A stretch of 64,000 nucleotides of DNA from Paraspadella gotoi (Eukaryota > Animalia > Chaetognatha): assembly GCA_051294375.1 (NCBI GenBank), contig CM119268.1, positions 22,757,427 to 22,821,426 on the forward strand, in the 5' to 3' direction. Positions 12,226-23,786 of the stretch are shown here, in pieces (within the stretch, counting starts at the first letter, position 1; every line of letters begins with the position of its first letter). The notes below the pieces were generated by a model, which searched no databases, was not told where the DNA came from, and worked only from the letters and a program-made list of their open reading frames with translations. The position numbers were made by a program, and so were the translations under genes.

Positions 12226-15200
12226 CATAACGCCCTTCCTTTGTCCAGATCGCCAACGGAGACGCCCTCCGTCACCACCTGCCCCTCTCCCCTTCTAAAA
12301 TGGTGCAGGGCATCGCGGTGGACGAGTCCAAGGACGGGCAAAGGGTTCACGGCTACACTTTGCAGGTTCCAGTCCCTCATGGCCTTGTTATTTATAAATT
12401 GAATATTTTTTATTAATAATTCCTTTTTTTCCCCTCACCTTCAGAACTACACGACGATCCAAATAACTAATCGTCTTCGTCCTCCACCCGGTTATCCCGA
12501 CGACTACTCGCACGACCCCGCCTCGCCGCTCCCGCCGCCCGGCTATCCGTCTTCCTGCGCCTCTCGCACAGTGCAGGTCGTGCCCGACGGGCGGGGAAGC
12601 GTCACCGCCAGCGTGATCACCAATCAGCCATCGGGTGAGGAAACTTCATGCGAAAAGGATGTACATATTGTTTGTATCAGCTTATATGAAATCAAGAATG
12701 TAGCTACATGTACTACTTAACAAACTCAATTTTTCTTTTCGGTTTTAAGCGTTCACCTACTTATTTCAGTCGATACAACGAATACTCGTCTCGTGATTGA
12801 TCAGTCTTCGACCAATCAGAAGTCGGATACCGCTCCGACGCGAAACGGCGAAAGCGTTAAACCGTCGTCGTTGTCATCGTCCGGGCGAAGAGCCTTCGTT
12901 CCTCCGGGGATTTTGGGTGAGGCCTACTCCACCGATCCGCCCGTCAACGGCTTCAAAAGCGGCTGCACCACGCCGGGTGAGCGAGGAGAGGGACCTTTGG
13001 TTGTCATTAATGATTAATTAATAAATAAACTAATTTGAATTTGTTAGGGAGTTACTCTGACGAATGGAACTACGAGTTTGTCCACGAAAAGACTTACGCT
13101 TACATCGAAGCCGTGAAGAATCAGTTGGGATTCGACGGAGGGAAAGACAATTTCACTCTGTCTCACATCGATCTCAACAAAGCCAGGTCGGTCTTTCTCT
13201 CTCTCTCTCTCAATCAATCAATCAATCAATCAAACCGTGATCGCCTCCTTCAGTTCCGCCGACAACGTTGATCATCACTCCAACGAAATTCACGAATATC
13301 TCGACGACGAAGTTTTGGTCAACGCGCTCACGAGGGAAAGGCTCAGATACGGATCCGTCAAGGTACAAACGGATTGGGGCAGAGAGAGAGAGAGATATTT
13401 TTAAACATCGTCTTCCCTCGTTCGATAGCTCTTTTAATCGTCTACGTATTTTCCAAACTTTTCCGTCGCCTTAACTCGTAAAGAGACACATACAAGACCG
13501 ATTCAGAAGATAGGAAAAAATTTCTGAGGAGTTTGTTTTATCAGGAAATAATACCATTGTAGGTTCAACGTGTATAATTGTAAATTGTTAAGTTATATTA
13601 TCGATCATTGTTGCTAAAGGAAACGAAAAAGAAAAACCGAGGAGCGAAGAAATTATGGACGGAATCTCGACTCCTCAATTCCTCTTCGTCCGACGAGAAG
13701 GAAAAGAGTTTGACGCCGGTCGAGGCGGCGTCGCGAGCAGACGGCGTCGCTAACGACGCCGCCGTCTCCGCCACGAACAACCGCGAATTGGGGCAAGAGA
13801 AGAACGTGAGTTGCTTTGTGTGGGGGGGGGGAATCTTTGAATTGGAGCTAAGCTAAGCGGGAGGAATTTTAATAACATAAATTACAGGAGATATAATGAT
13901 AATCATGCTGATTAATACGAGTGTTTTAAGGTTCACAGGAAATTGATCATACAATTTCAGAACTTGGGAATTTGAAGTTACTTTCTTGAAGTTAAGCTTA
14001 GTGCTGCCCCGTTTTTTCTCCTCCCCTCTGATCGGTCATGAGAGGCAATCGGCTTGTTCAATCACTCCATCCCAATAGTGTAATATGCTGTAATACATCA
14101 TTTAATTAAATTTGACTTTAATCCAGGCTTCGCCGTCGTCTCATCATCGCGACGACGTTGAAGCGACGCGTCGAAATCTGGGGAAGAAGACGACCTCCGC
14201 CTCGAAGCTGACGGGAATCTTGAGTCGCCTCTCGCCCAAGTTGGTCCATCGAAGATGCTCCTCCTCGGGAAGGATCTTGATCGCCGCCAGCGATCCCGCC
14301 ATGATGAAGAGGTTTGGTTAGCGATGATATTAACTGATAAACCTCTTCTTCGTTTCTTATCGTTGGATTGGGAGGTGAATTTATGAAGAACCACCGGTGA
14401 GCGATGACGATGGGCGCGGCCTGACCCTTTTTTTTTCGGTCGATGTCAATACGTTTTCATCTTCGTGCGCGATGGTACATTGGTGATTGGTGATTGGTGA
14501 ATGCTTGCCAACTTGCTCCTTTTCACCCCTCGCAGTCACCGCGACTCTGAATCGACGGCGGCGGAGATTTCCACGAGCGGCGTCTCGTCCGACGTCTCCA
14601 CCGAACGAGATTCATCGAGACGCGGGGAGGAGAGTCCCGCTGATTCGAGAAGGCGAGTCGGGGGTTGGATAGGATTAGGACTTTGATAGGAATAGAATAG
14701 GATGAGGACTTAGATAGGAATAGGATTAGGACTTGGATAGGAATAGGATAAAAATATGATAAATAATATGAGCATAGAAATCCAACAGAAACTGTAATGA
14801 TAAAAACAAGGGGAATAATGAGACGGGAATAAGATTGAAATAGGATAGGAATAAGATTGAAATAGGATAGGAATAAGATTGAAATAGGATAGGAATTGCA
14901 TAAAAATAGCATAGAATTTCATTTTCTTTTTACAGAGGTCGTTCCCCTGTCCGCGATTTTTTCAAGCGAGGATTGTCTTCCGCTTACGCAAAATCCAAAT
15001 CTCCTTCCTCCGCCAATCGGTATGATTAATATAATTAAATAATTCTAATTTTATTAAACTAATTTTTAAATTTTCGCATCAAGGATACTCACCAGCTTTC
15101 GGTCGTCCGGCGCCCACAAGGACAAAGAATTCCCGACCGAATCGGCGCCATCGAATTCCGGTTCCAAAGCTACGACGCCGGAATCTGGCTCCAAAACAAC

Positions 15201-18200
15201 GCCAGAATCCGGCGCCAAAACATCGCGAAGAAATTCTGGCGCCGAAAACCGAAAGTCGACGTCGTCGCAATTTCCTCTTCCGCGGCGTCGACGAAAATCG
15301 AAAGACGAAACCAAGGAGTTGAACTCGATTTGCGGCGCCGATCCTGGGGATGGCAAAGACGGCCGGGCTAGCAAGAACGGTAGTCATGGCAAGGACGGAA
15401 GAGCCAGCGAGGCTAAGAGCGCCAAGGACGTCAACGGGTCCGCCGGCGTCACCGTCCGACAAAAGATCCGTCAAAACGAAGGCGCCATCTTGATTTCATC
15501 TGGCGGCGGACGAAAGTATCACGTCGTCGAGATTCCTCTCGACGACGACGAGACGACGACATCGGCTGCGGCGGCCGATGTTTCCGTCGAAGATGAAAAT
15601 CCCGAGGAGGAAGAAGCGCCGCCGCCGCCGCCGAGTCGACCGCGGAAGCCGAGAGTCCCGCCGCCGCTGCCGCCGCACGGTCTTGGCACCGGGGAGGCGA
15701 AACAGCCGGGTGAGTTGGGCCGAAATTAGAGAGAAAATGAGAGCCTTAAACATCAAAAAAAGCTTTATTGCTTCTATTTATTTGAAAACTAAATCATTAT
15801 TAAATTATTTTTAAAAGGGGCTGTAAAATAGTAAACTTCTAAGAAAACCAACTACCACAATATGTAAATGAGATCGAAGAACTCATCACTACTCTTTTAC
15901 CCATCGGCCTTACAGGATCCCTCGATCTCCATCGATCCTCGAACCAAAGATTCGTCGTCGCGGATTCGATAAAGAAAAGTCCCATGTCCACGAATCCTCA
16001 GGACGAGTCTATCGGCGACTGCTCCTTGGGTGAGTCTCGTTTTTTTCCTTTGGGGTGAGTCTGGTTGCTTCAAGGGTAATTTCTTAAGATTTCCCCTCAA
16101 TCCAGACATGAACACCAGCGCTGGCAGCACCACCGTCGCCGACGAGAGTCTCGACTTTGACGACGACGACGACCGACGCGTCGAGTTCTTCGGCAGCCAA
16201 GCCACGCTGGAGGCGCTTTCCGCCTCTCGCCAACTCGGGGACGCCGCCACGGGGTCGCCCGCTCATCCGGCCGGCAGAACGCCGCTCACGGGAGCGGCTT
16301 TGGCGGCGCTGGGGTCGGCGCCGCGAGGTCATTCGATGGTCAACAGCGCTGCTGCTGGTGCTGAAGCGGCGACCTCGACTCCTGCCTCGGACGCGCTTTC
16401 TCCTCTCTCTCCTTTATCTTCCTCTTTTTGCTCTTCGAGGTACGGTTGTGGATTGCTTGATCATATTTGCTAAAATAAATTTATTTTAGCTGCCATGAGA
16501 CACACTTTCATACTAAAAAAAATCTCGTATTTTTAAAGCTAAATATTTTCGATTAAACAGAATAATTATTATAAGTTATTTATAATGAAATAATATAATA
16601 GAAGATAGCAGATGTCTAGCGGTTATTTTAATATTAATTGCTCAACGGCAACAATAAGAATCGTTGGGGTAAAATATTGATTTGTAATAATAAGAAAACC
16701 GAATCGAAAGATATGAATAAAAATATAAACTGCCACAATATGCAAATGAGATTGAGCACCTAATTCTTAATTGAAATGAACCACAAGTTACTCTGTAACA
16801 TTTATAATATTTAGTGTCTCTTGCACGCTTCTCCCCCCCTCCCCAGCCTTTCCAGCCAACCCATTCCAGTGCCATCCTCGTCTCGTCAAGGTTCAGCCTT
16901 CGACGCCTACGACGAAAATTCCATTTCTTCTTCCGTCATCGCTTCTCCTCTTGGAGGAACGCTGCATCGATCCATCAATTCCAACAGGTTTTAGTTTCTT
17001 CTTTTTCACCGTATTACCCGTTTTAATCATTAAAATTTGTTAATGTTTAATATCTCTTGATCTCAGCATCGGATCCCCGCCTTCCGAAGCGACGATGGAT
17101 CGATCCTCGACGTCCGCGTCGACTTCTTCTTCCCGGAAGCCCTCGTACCTCAGCATTTCAATGTCCGTCTCCGGGTCAGTTTTTATTCTCAGTCTCAGTC
17201 TCCGTCTCAGTTAACGACGTTTTTGATAACTTTCTACGCACCGTGACAAATGATTTTGTTCCCAAACTTTCTAATCAATCGTTATCATCGATTGCTTAAC
17301 TAGAAGAGTGAGTTTATACTTTAAAACTATAAAACGAGACGGGTAACGAATTTATTTCAACGCGTCGTTAACACGACTATATTCAAAATGAGATTGTTTT
17401 ATTCATTTTTCTGTCATATTTAAAAGTTCATCTTATGGCAACGGGAGGATAGCCTGTGATACCCGGGGCGCGGGGTATCTCACCAACTGGCGTAGGGGCT
17501 GCGGACCCTCAGTGACCGCCTCCTGTCACTGGCATGTTTATACCGGCACCGTCACATTTAAGCCAGAACCGGGATACCCAGGGATTGAACCCGGGACGCA
17601 CGGATGGAATGAGATGATTTAGCCTGCTCAGCCATTGAGACGAGGCTGAGGACGGACAGCAGTGAGGCAGCTTTAAGTCTTGCTGCCACAATCTCTTATA
17701 TACTAAACATTCTCTTTCCAGATATTCCCACTATCGCCGGGGCGGCGCCTCTTCTCTCTCCCTCCATCCGGGTCGGACCACTTCCTCTTCCTCCCTCGCC
17801 TCCCGCGGATCCGGCAGCGTCGCCTCCGGTTCCTCCGCCTTCAGCCACTCCACCAACGAAGCTAGTCACGCCGGGAGTCACCACTCGCGGACGAGAGAAC
17901 TCTCTGGCGGCGGCGGTTGGCGGGCTGGTTCGGTGCCGCCGGCGTCGGCGGCTGCCCGCCCATCCGCCGCTACGGAGTCGGAGGCTGCGTCGACGGCGGC
18001 GGTGCCTTTCTCCTCTTGCTTGATGGACCGATTCTGTTTGGGCTGCGGCTCCGCGTCGCCTCCTGCGCCGGCGACGTCGACGACCCGCTCGAGACTCGAT
18101 CCGCATCACCAACAGCCTTTTCTTCAACGAGAGCCGACGGGGAGGACCGCTGCGACGACGACTGCGACCGTCGTCAAGCGCACCTTTAACCGCGAAGGGC

Positions 18201-20374
18201 CGAACAACAACAACAACGCGGCCGGACTCACGAGACACGACAACAACGCCTCGTCCTCTTCCTCTTCGTCTAACTCTTCTTCATCGCGCCGCGGCGGCGC
18301 CGGAGGCGGAGGCGGCGGCGATCTCTTCGCCACGCAGCAGCGCAACACCGTCATTCACGTGAGTCCCGACGCCTCGCGAGACGAGGAGGATTCGGGAGAG
18401 CGCCCCGTGGCGGGCGGCTCTGCCGGGCGCTCCGGCGGAGACGCGGACGTCTTGTCGGACGGGACGATCGTTTCGTCGGCGTCGCGGACGGAAGTGGACG
18501 AGGAGTTTGAGGGAAGCAGGACGGGGGAGGAGTTGACTTCGCCGGAGATGGAGGGTGGAGGAGGAACGAGGCAGAGCGTCGAGGTGGAGGCGAGGGAAAT
18601 CGTGGAGAGAATTAAGAGGAGCGAGAGGTTGAGGAAGGAGGGAGGAAAGGAGGAGAAGGAAGAGGGGATGAAGGAGAAGAGAAGAAGCAAAACTCTCGAG
18701 GAGAAGCAGACGCAAAGAAGGGAAAAGGTCGTTCGTGAGGAGAGAGTGGGGGAAAAGGAAAACGGAGAGAGTGAAGAGGATCGTCGAACAAATGAAGGGA
18801 CGAGCGAATCCAAGTCGAATGGATCGTCGACTCCGCCACCCTCGATGGAACCTTCGACGGACGACTCGACCTCGACTCGACCTCCGATCAACGGATTGGA
18901 CGGAAAAGGCGACGCGGATTCGATCCCAGTTTCCGTCGTTGCGGCGGAAGAGAAGACGGACGAATCGGCGACGAGAGACGGACTTTATTTCTTGGATGCG
19001 ATGCGACATGAAGAGGATCGCATTCAGGTGAAATGAGAAAGTCTCGATTAATTTGAGGGTGTTGTATTATTTTAATACTAATATAAGTAGTGTTTGTGTT
19101 AAGAGAAAAAAAAAAAGAAATAGGATAAAAAAAAACAATTAAAAAAAAACAACCAAAAACCTAACGAGGTCTAAAAATAGTTAACGGCTTTAGCATCTTC
19201 TTTTTGTTTCCTTATGTTTTCCCTATATTTTTTTTTTTTTTTTTTTTTTTTGGCCAACCAGCAAAAAAACCCTTTTATTATCTCCGACGAGTTTTCTACC
19301 TTGCTCTTTCTCTTTTCCTTTCACGCCCTCAGGATCTCTGCTCACAACTCGACTCTCTCCTCGTTTCCGACCTCAACTCCTCCTCCTCCTCCTCCTCCTC
19401 CTCCCCCCACACCAACTCCGCCTCCATCACCGCTGTGCCCGAAGAAGTCGCCGGCAAAATTCGCGCTTGCGTCGGGAAATCTAAACTCCTCACAACCAAG
19501 AAATTCCCGCAGTTCAAAGTAAAGAAGAAGAAAACGAGTCTTGCGTTTAAATTGGTTTTTCTCTTTGCTTAAAGGCAGAAAAGCCTTCCAAATATCATCA
19601 TTTTCTTAATTAATAGCATAAAAGTGAAGTCATTATGAAATATATTCATTATTTTCCTGGTGGCAAGCAATGACCAAAAACCAGTAAAACACTCGTAAAA
19701 CACTTTCTTATTAGCGCCAACTCTTTATCAATATTCTTCTTCTACACCCCCCCCCCCAAACTTTTCAGGGTTTATGCGAAGAAAATCTGCATCCGGCCGC
19801 CGACGCGCCTTTTCCCACGACCGCCGACGATCTTGCCGGATTTTGGGACATGGTCATGATTCAGGCGAGTTTCTCCCCTTTTTTGGGGGGAAAAATCCAT
19901 TTTGGTCCTTTTTAATAAATTTGAAACTTTTGACGCCAGGTGGACGAGATCGACGCCTCGTACAAAGAAATAATGACGCTCAAATCGAATTCTTGGAAAT
20001 CGGAAGGCGGGAAGAAGAAAGTGGTGAAGAGGGTCGTCAAATCGGGTAACTACTTTGTATATGTATCGTTGTTACAAATGAATAATAGTTAAATATTAAA
20101 AGGCGCGTAATTTTTTTATTTACGGCATGTCCTACATGTTTATGTCCTACATGTTTATCTTCAATTGGGCGTTAATAGATTCTTTACACTTCGATTCTCG
20201 AAAGGTTCGAAGAGCTCCGCCGCCGCAGCCTCTACCGAATCGCCCGCTGCCGCGGCGGCGGCGGCGGCTCGAGCCAAAGCCAGGGAGGAAGCGAGGAAAA
20301 AACTGGTCAGTTCAAAAAGGCTCCTGCAAAACAAAAGGTCGCAACTCCAAGAAATGGAGCAGAAGTCGAATTGA
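11861..20374 (+). CDS. Disks large-associated (GKAP/DLGAP family) protein; 5' exon structure uncertain
   Basis: C-terminal GKAP domain over exons at 18.9-20.0 kb: RDGLYFL...VPEEVAGKIRACVGKSKLLTTKKFPQFK|GLCEENL...DLAGFWDMVMIQ|VDEI...NSWK. Upstream there are many low-complexity GT-AG exons, which could include a second gene. Confidence 0.75.
14670..14905 (+). repeat. Intronic degenerate minisatellite (ATAGGAATAAGATTGAAATAGG-like)
   Basis: Directly visible tandem units. Confidence 0.8.
17437..17693 (-). mobile_element. Structured SINE/retrozyme-like insertion E1 (tRNA-like head plus twister)
   Basis: GC-rich island in an AT-rich intron. A-box-like TGGCTGAGCAGG (17634-17623) and B-box GGTTCAATCC (17591-17582) at tRNA spacing. 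Flanked by TCTTAT direct repeats (17431, 17694). Confidence 0.7.
17487..17566 (-). ncRNA. Twister ribozyme, type-P5 permutation
   Basis: Minus strand: CUGGC uuaa AUGU GA CGG ugccggua UAA ACAU GC CAGUGAC aggaggcg GUCACUG AGGG U CCG CA GC CCCU ac GCCAG. P5, P2, P3, P4, T1 (CCG/CGG) and T2 (GC/GC) all pair. Confidence 0.88.
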
Positions 20375-21696
20375 GTTAATTCCGGACTAGAAAATATATA
20401 TACCTTATATATATTATATATATATATTTAGGCTGACTGTATGAGTTTTAATTTGATGGACCGAAATCTAGTCTCGTCGCTGACATTTAACAACCAAGCT
20501 TTAACTTTTTTTTAAAAAAATTGTAACTAAGAATTATTAAACATGGAGACTCGAAAAAATATCTTGTCTACTTTTTTTTAATACAAATTATTTCATTTTC
20601 TATTTATAAATTTATCTTTAAAAAAATTGTTTTATACTATTTGATTCGTGTGTCATCGTTTCGCGCAATACTTTTTTTTGTTTCGACGCTGCTTGTTGAC
20701 GTTTTAACAATTTTAATTTAACTTTCGTTTTTAGTCTTGTCTTTAAACTACATCTTTGTATATAATATATATTGATTTTAATATTGTTTTAAATGCTTAT
20801 TTTCTTTGTTATTAAGCGTTTTAAAATATCACGCCGAGTCTCATTAGTCGACATTAGGGATCATTCTACTTATATTCAAAATTTACTTTGTTTCTGCGAA
20901 ACAGTGGGATTTGTTAATTTTTATATTTTAGCATAAAATTGTAACAAAATTGCGCTTTCAGGTTTTTCTCTGGGAAGGGTTTTTTATTCAATATTTTTGA
21001 ATATTTTGTGCAAACGTTTTTACCTGTGGGCCTGGTAGTTTTGATGATTGTAGTTTCACGTTGCAAACGAAATGTTTTATTGTAATGTTTGTGTTTGTCC
21101 TTTTTTTCAAAGCTTTAAGTAGACTTTTTTTTCTAATTCTTTGTTATTTATAATTCTGGCTTATTTAACAATAAGGGACATATGATTGTTGTTTTGCGGG
21201 AAGCATATGATGTTGCACTTTTTTAACCTATGTTGTGTTTATACTCACTGAAGTATTTAAATGTCACCTATTATGGTAGTGTTGCATATTAATATCTAAT
21301 AAAGATGACCTTCATATGACCCTTGGAGTTTGTCACTGTTTTCAAAGTAATGCTCATCATGAAACTCCAAATTACTTTTTTTAAAAAGGCGAATCTGTTG
21401 AGTTGCGCACAAATCGATCTTTTATTTGAACTTACTCCGTAAGTTTAAGTTTTTTTTGTTTTTTTGTTTTTCTAACAATTTACGATAATTGTACTTATCC
21501 CAGGTTATAACGTTGTTGTTTTTTTTTCGCTTTTTTTTTTTCTTAAAAGAAAGTCTTGACAGCTTTAATTTGCTCATTTACAAACCTTTTTCCGAATTCC
21601 AGATTGCCAATTTAAAATTTAACCTAAAAAAGTTGACAAAATTTTTTGGGGTTGTTTAAAAAGAGAGGAAAAGAAAGGAATAAAAAGAAACTCATC

Positions 21697-23739
21697 ATGG
21701 CCGCCGCTACAGACGAAGCTCCTTCCAAACCAGTTGGGACGATCAAGAGTGGAATCGTCAAGACTTGTCTCTCCGGTGGGTACTTGCCTTGCATTCTCTC
21801 TGGTTCTCTGCAACGGTTAAATGTGCTGGGCATCTCACTTACTGGTCATGGGTCCCCGGTACCGGGATACTCTGTGTTTGAACATTTGACGGTCCCAAGT
21901 GTTCGGTTCCTTTCCTTTACTGAACCCCCTTTCAATTGTTTATCCAAAGGCGATTGCATCGTGATCCGCGGACGCCCTCGCGGCGGCCCCCCGCCGGAAG
22001 TGACGCTGGCGTTCAGCAGCGTGACGGCGCCGCGGGTCGGACGTCGCGCCAATCCCGCGAACCCGAACGACCCCGGGACCGAAGAAGAGCCTTTTGGTTG
22101 GGAATCGCGCGAGTTTTTGAGGTGAGTCTTGGGAGGATATTAGCTGGGTTCTGCCTAAATCTCCAAATGAAAATATATATTATTCGCCTGCGCTTTTTAT
22201 CTTAATTTTTAGTAGAATGAAAAAATGTTTCCACCCCCACTAATAATTCATAGTAATTAAATTAAACTGAATTAAAAATTAATCGACTTTCCTCCCGACA
22301 GAAAAAAAGTCATCGGGAAAGAAGTTTTGTTCAGCGAAGAGACGACGACGACGACGCGAACTTACGGAACCGTCTTCCTTCCACCCGAACCCTCGGTCAA
22401 GGACATCGCTCTTTGCGAAAACCTCACCAAGGTGAGTTTCGTTGACGTCTCTCCAAAATATATGCGCTGGATTTTAACCCCCTTTCCCTCTTCTCTCACC
22501 CCCCCCTCCGGAAGACGATGATCTCCGCGGGTCTGGTCAGGGTGAGAGAGTCGAACCGACCCACCGACGACCAGCTCGAGTTTCGCCGCCTTTCCGAGGA
22601 AGCGCGGACGATGCAGAAGGGCGTCCACTCGGAGGGCGACAAGTCTTATCACGTGAGAAACGTCACGTGGAACGTGGAAAACCCGCGTCACTTCGTCGAC
22701 TCGCATCACCAAAAACCTATTAACGGTGAGATTGTCACGTTGTCGAGGTGCTCCTTTTCGGGTCGTGGTCATTCTCATAGTCATTCCCTTTCTCACTTCT
22801 AAATCTTTATTATCTTTCTCAATTCTCATTCCCTAATCTTGCTCATTCCCTAATCTTTCTCATTCCCTAATCTTGCTCATTCCCTAATCTTGCTCATTCT
22901 CTAATCTTGCTCATTCTCTAATCTTTCTCATTCTCTAATCTTTCTCATTCTCTAATCTTGCTCATTCTCTAATCTTTCTCAATCTCTAATCTTGCTCATT
23001 CTCTAATCTTGCTCATTCTCTAATCTTGCTCATTCTCTAATCTTGCTCATTCTCTAATCTTGCTCATTCCCTAATAGTGCTCATTCCCTAATCGTGCTCA
23101 TTTCCTAATCTTGCTCATTTCCTAATCTTTAAATTTCTTCTCCTTCAGCGGTGATCGAGCTGGTGGTGAACGGCAGCACCTTCCGCGTGTTCTTGATGCC
23201 CTCGGATCTCTCGCCGACCTTCCAATACGCGACGGTGCTGCTCTCGGGCGTACGCGCGCCTTCCGCCCGCCCCGGCGAGGACAAGGACTCTTTCGAGGAC
23301 GAGGCCAAGTTCTTCGTCGAGTCACGCCTCCTTCAGCGGGACGTGCAGATCGTGTTGGAGGGTAAGGTCAAAGGGGGCGTGTTTGAGGTTGGAGGATAAG
23401 GGCAAAGGGGATGTGGTTGAGGTTGGGAGGGTAAGGGCAAAGGGGGCGTGGTTGAGGTTGGGAGGGTAAGGGCAAAGGGGTTGAGGTTGGAGGGTAAGGG
23501 CACAGGGCGCAAAATTCGCAAATATCAATAATCGATATTTTGTGGAAAGTAAACGGCACTCAGATCAGATCGAGAATTTGTTCTACATCAACAAATAAAA
23601 AAATCAACAAGTGAAAATGCTAAGTCTAAAATGGAATATAATAACCTTACAAGGAGCCGACTGAGGACAGCCGCGAGGGAGTCACTGCTCACCCTTGGTG
23701 ACCGTGGTGACCGGTCGGCGATTGAGTGAGAAATGGAAA

Positions 23740-23786
<47 letters not shown>

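Noticed and set aside
11172-12380. 402-aa minus-strand ORF
   Set aside because: It runs through microsatellite and poly-A/T tracts and antisense exons, and is not protein-like.
17570-17640. Functional tRNA gene
   Set aside because: A and B boxes are present, but there is no acceptor or anticodon stem; I treated it as a tRNA-derived head.
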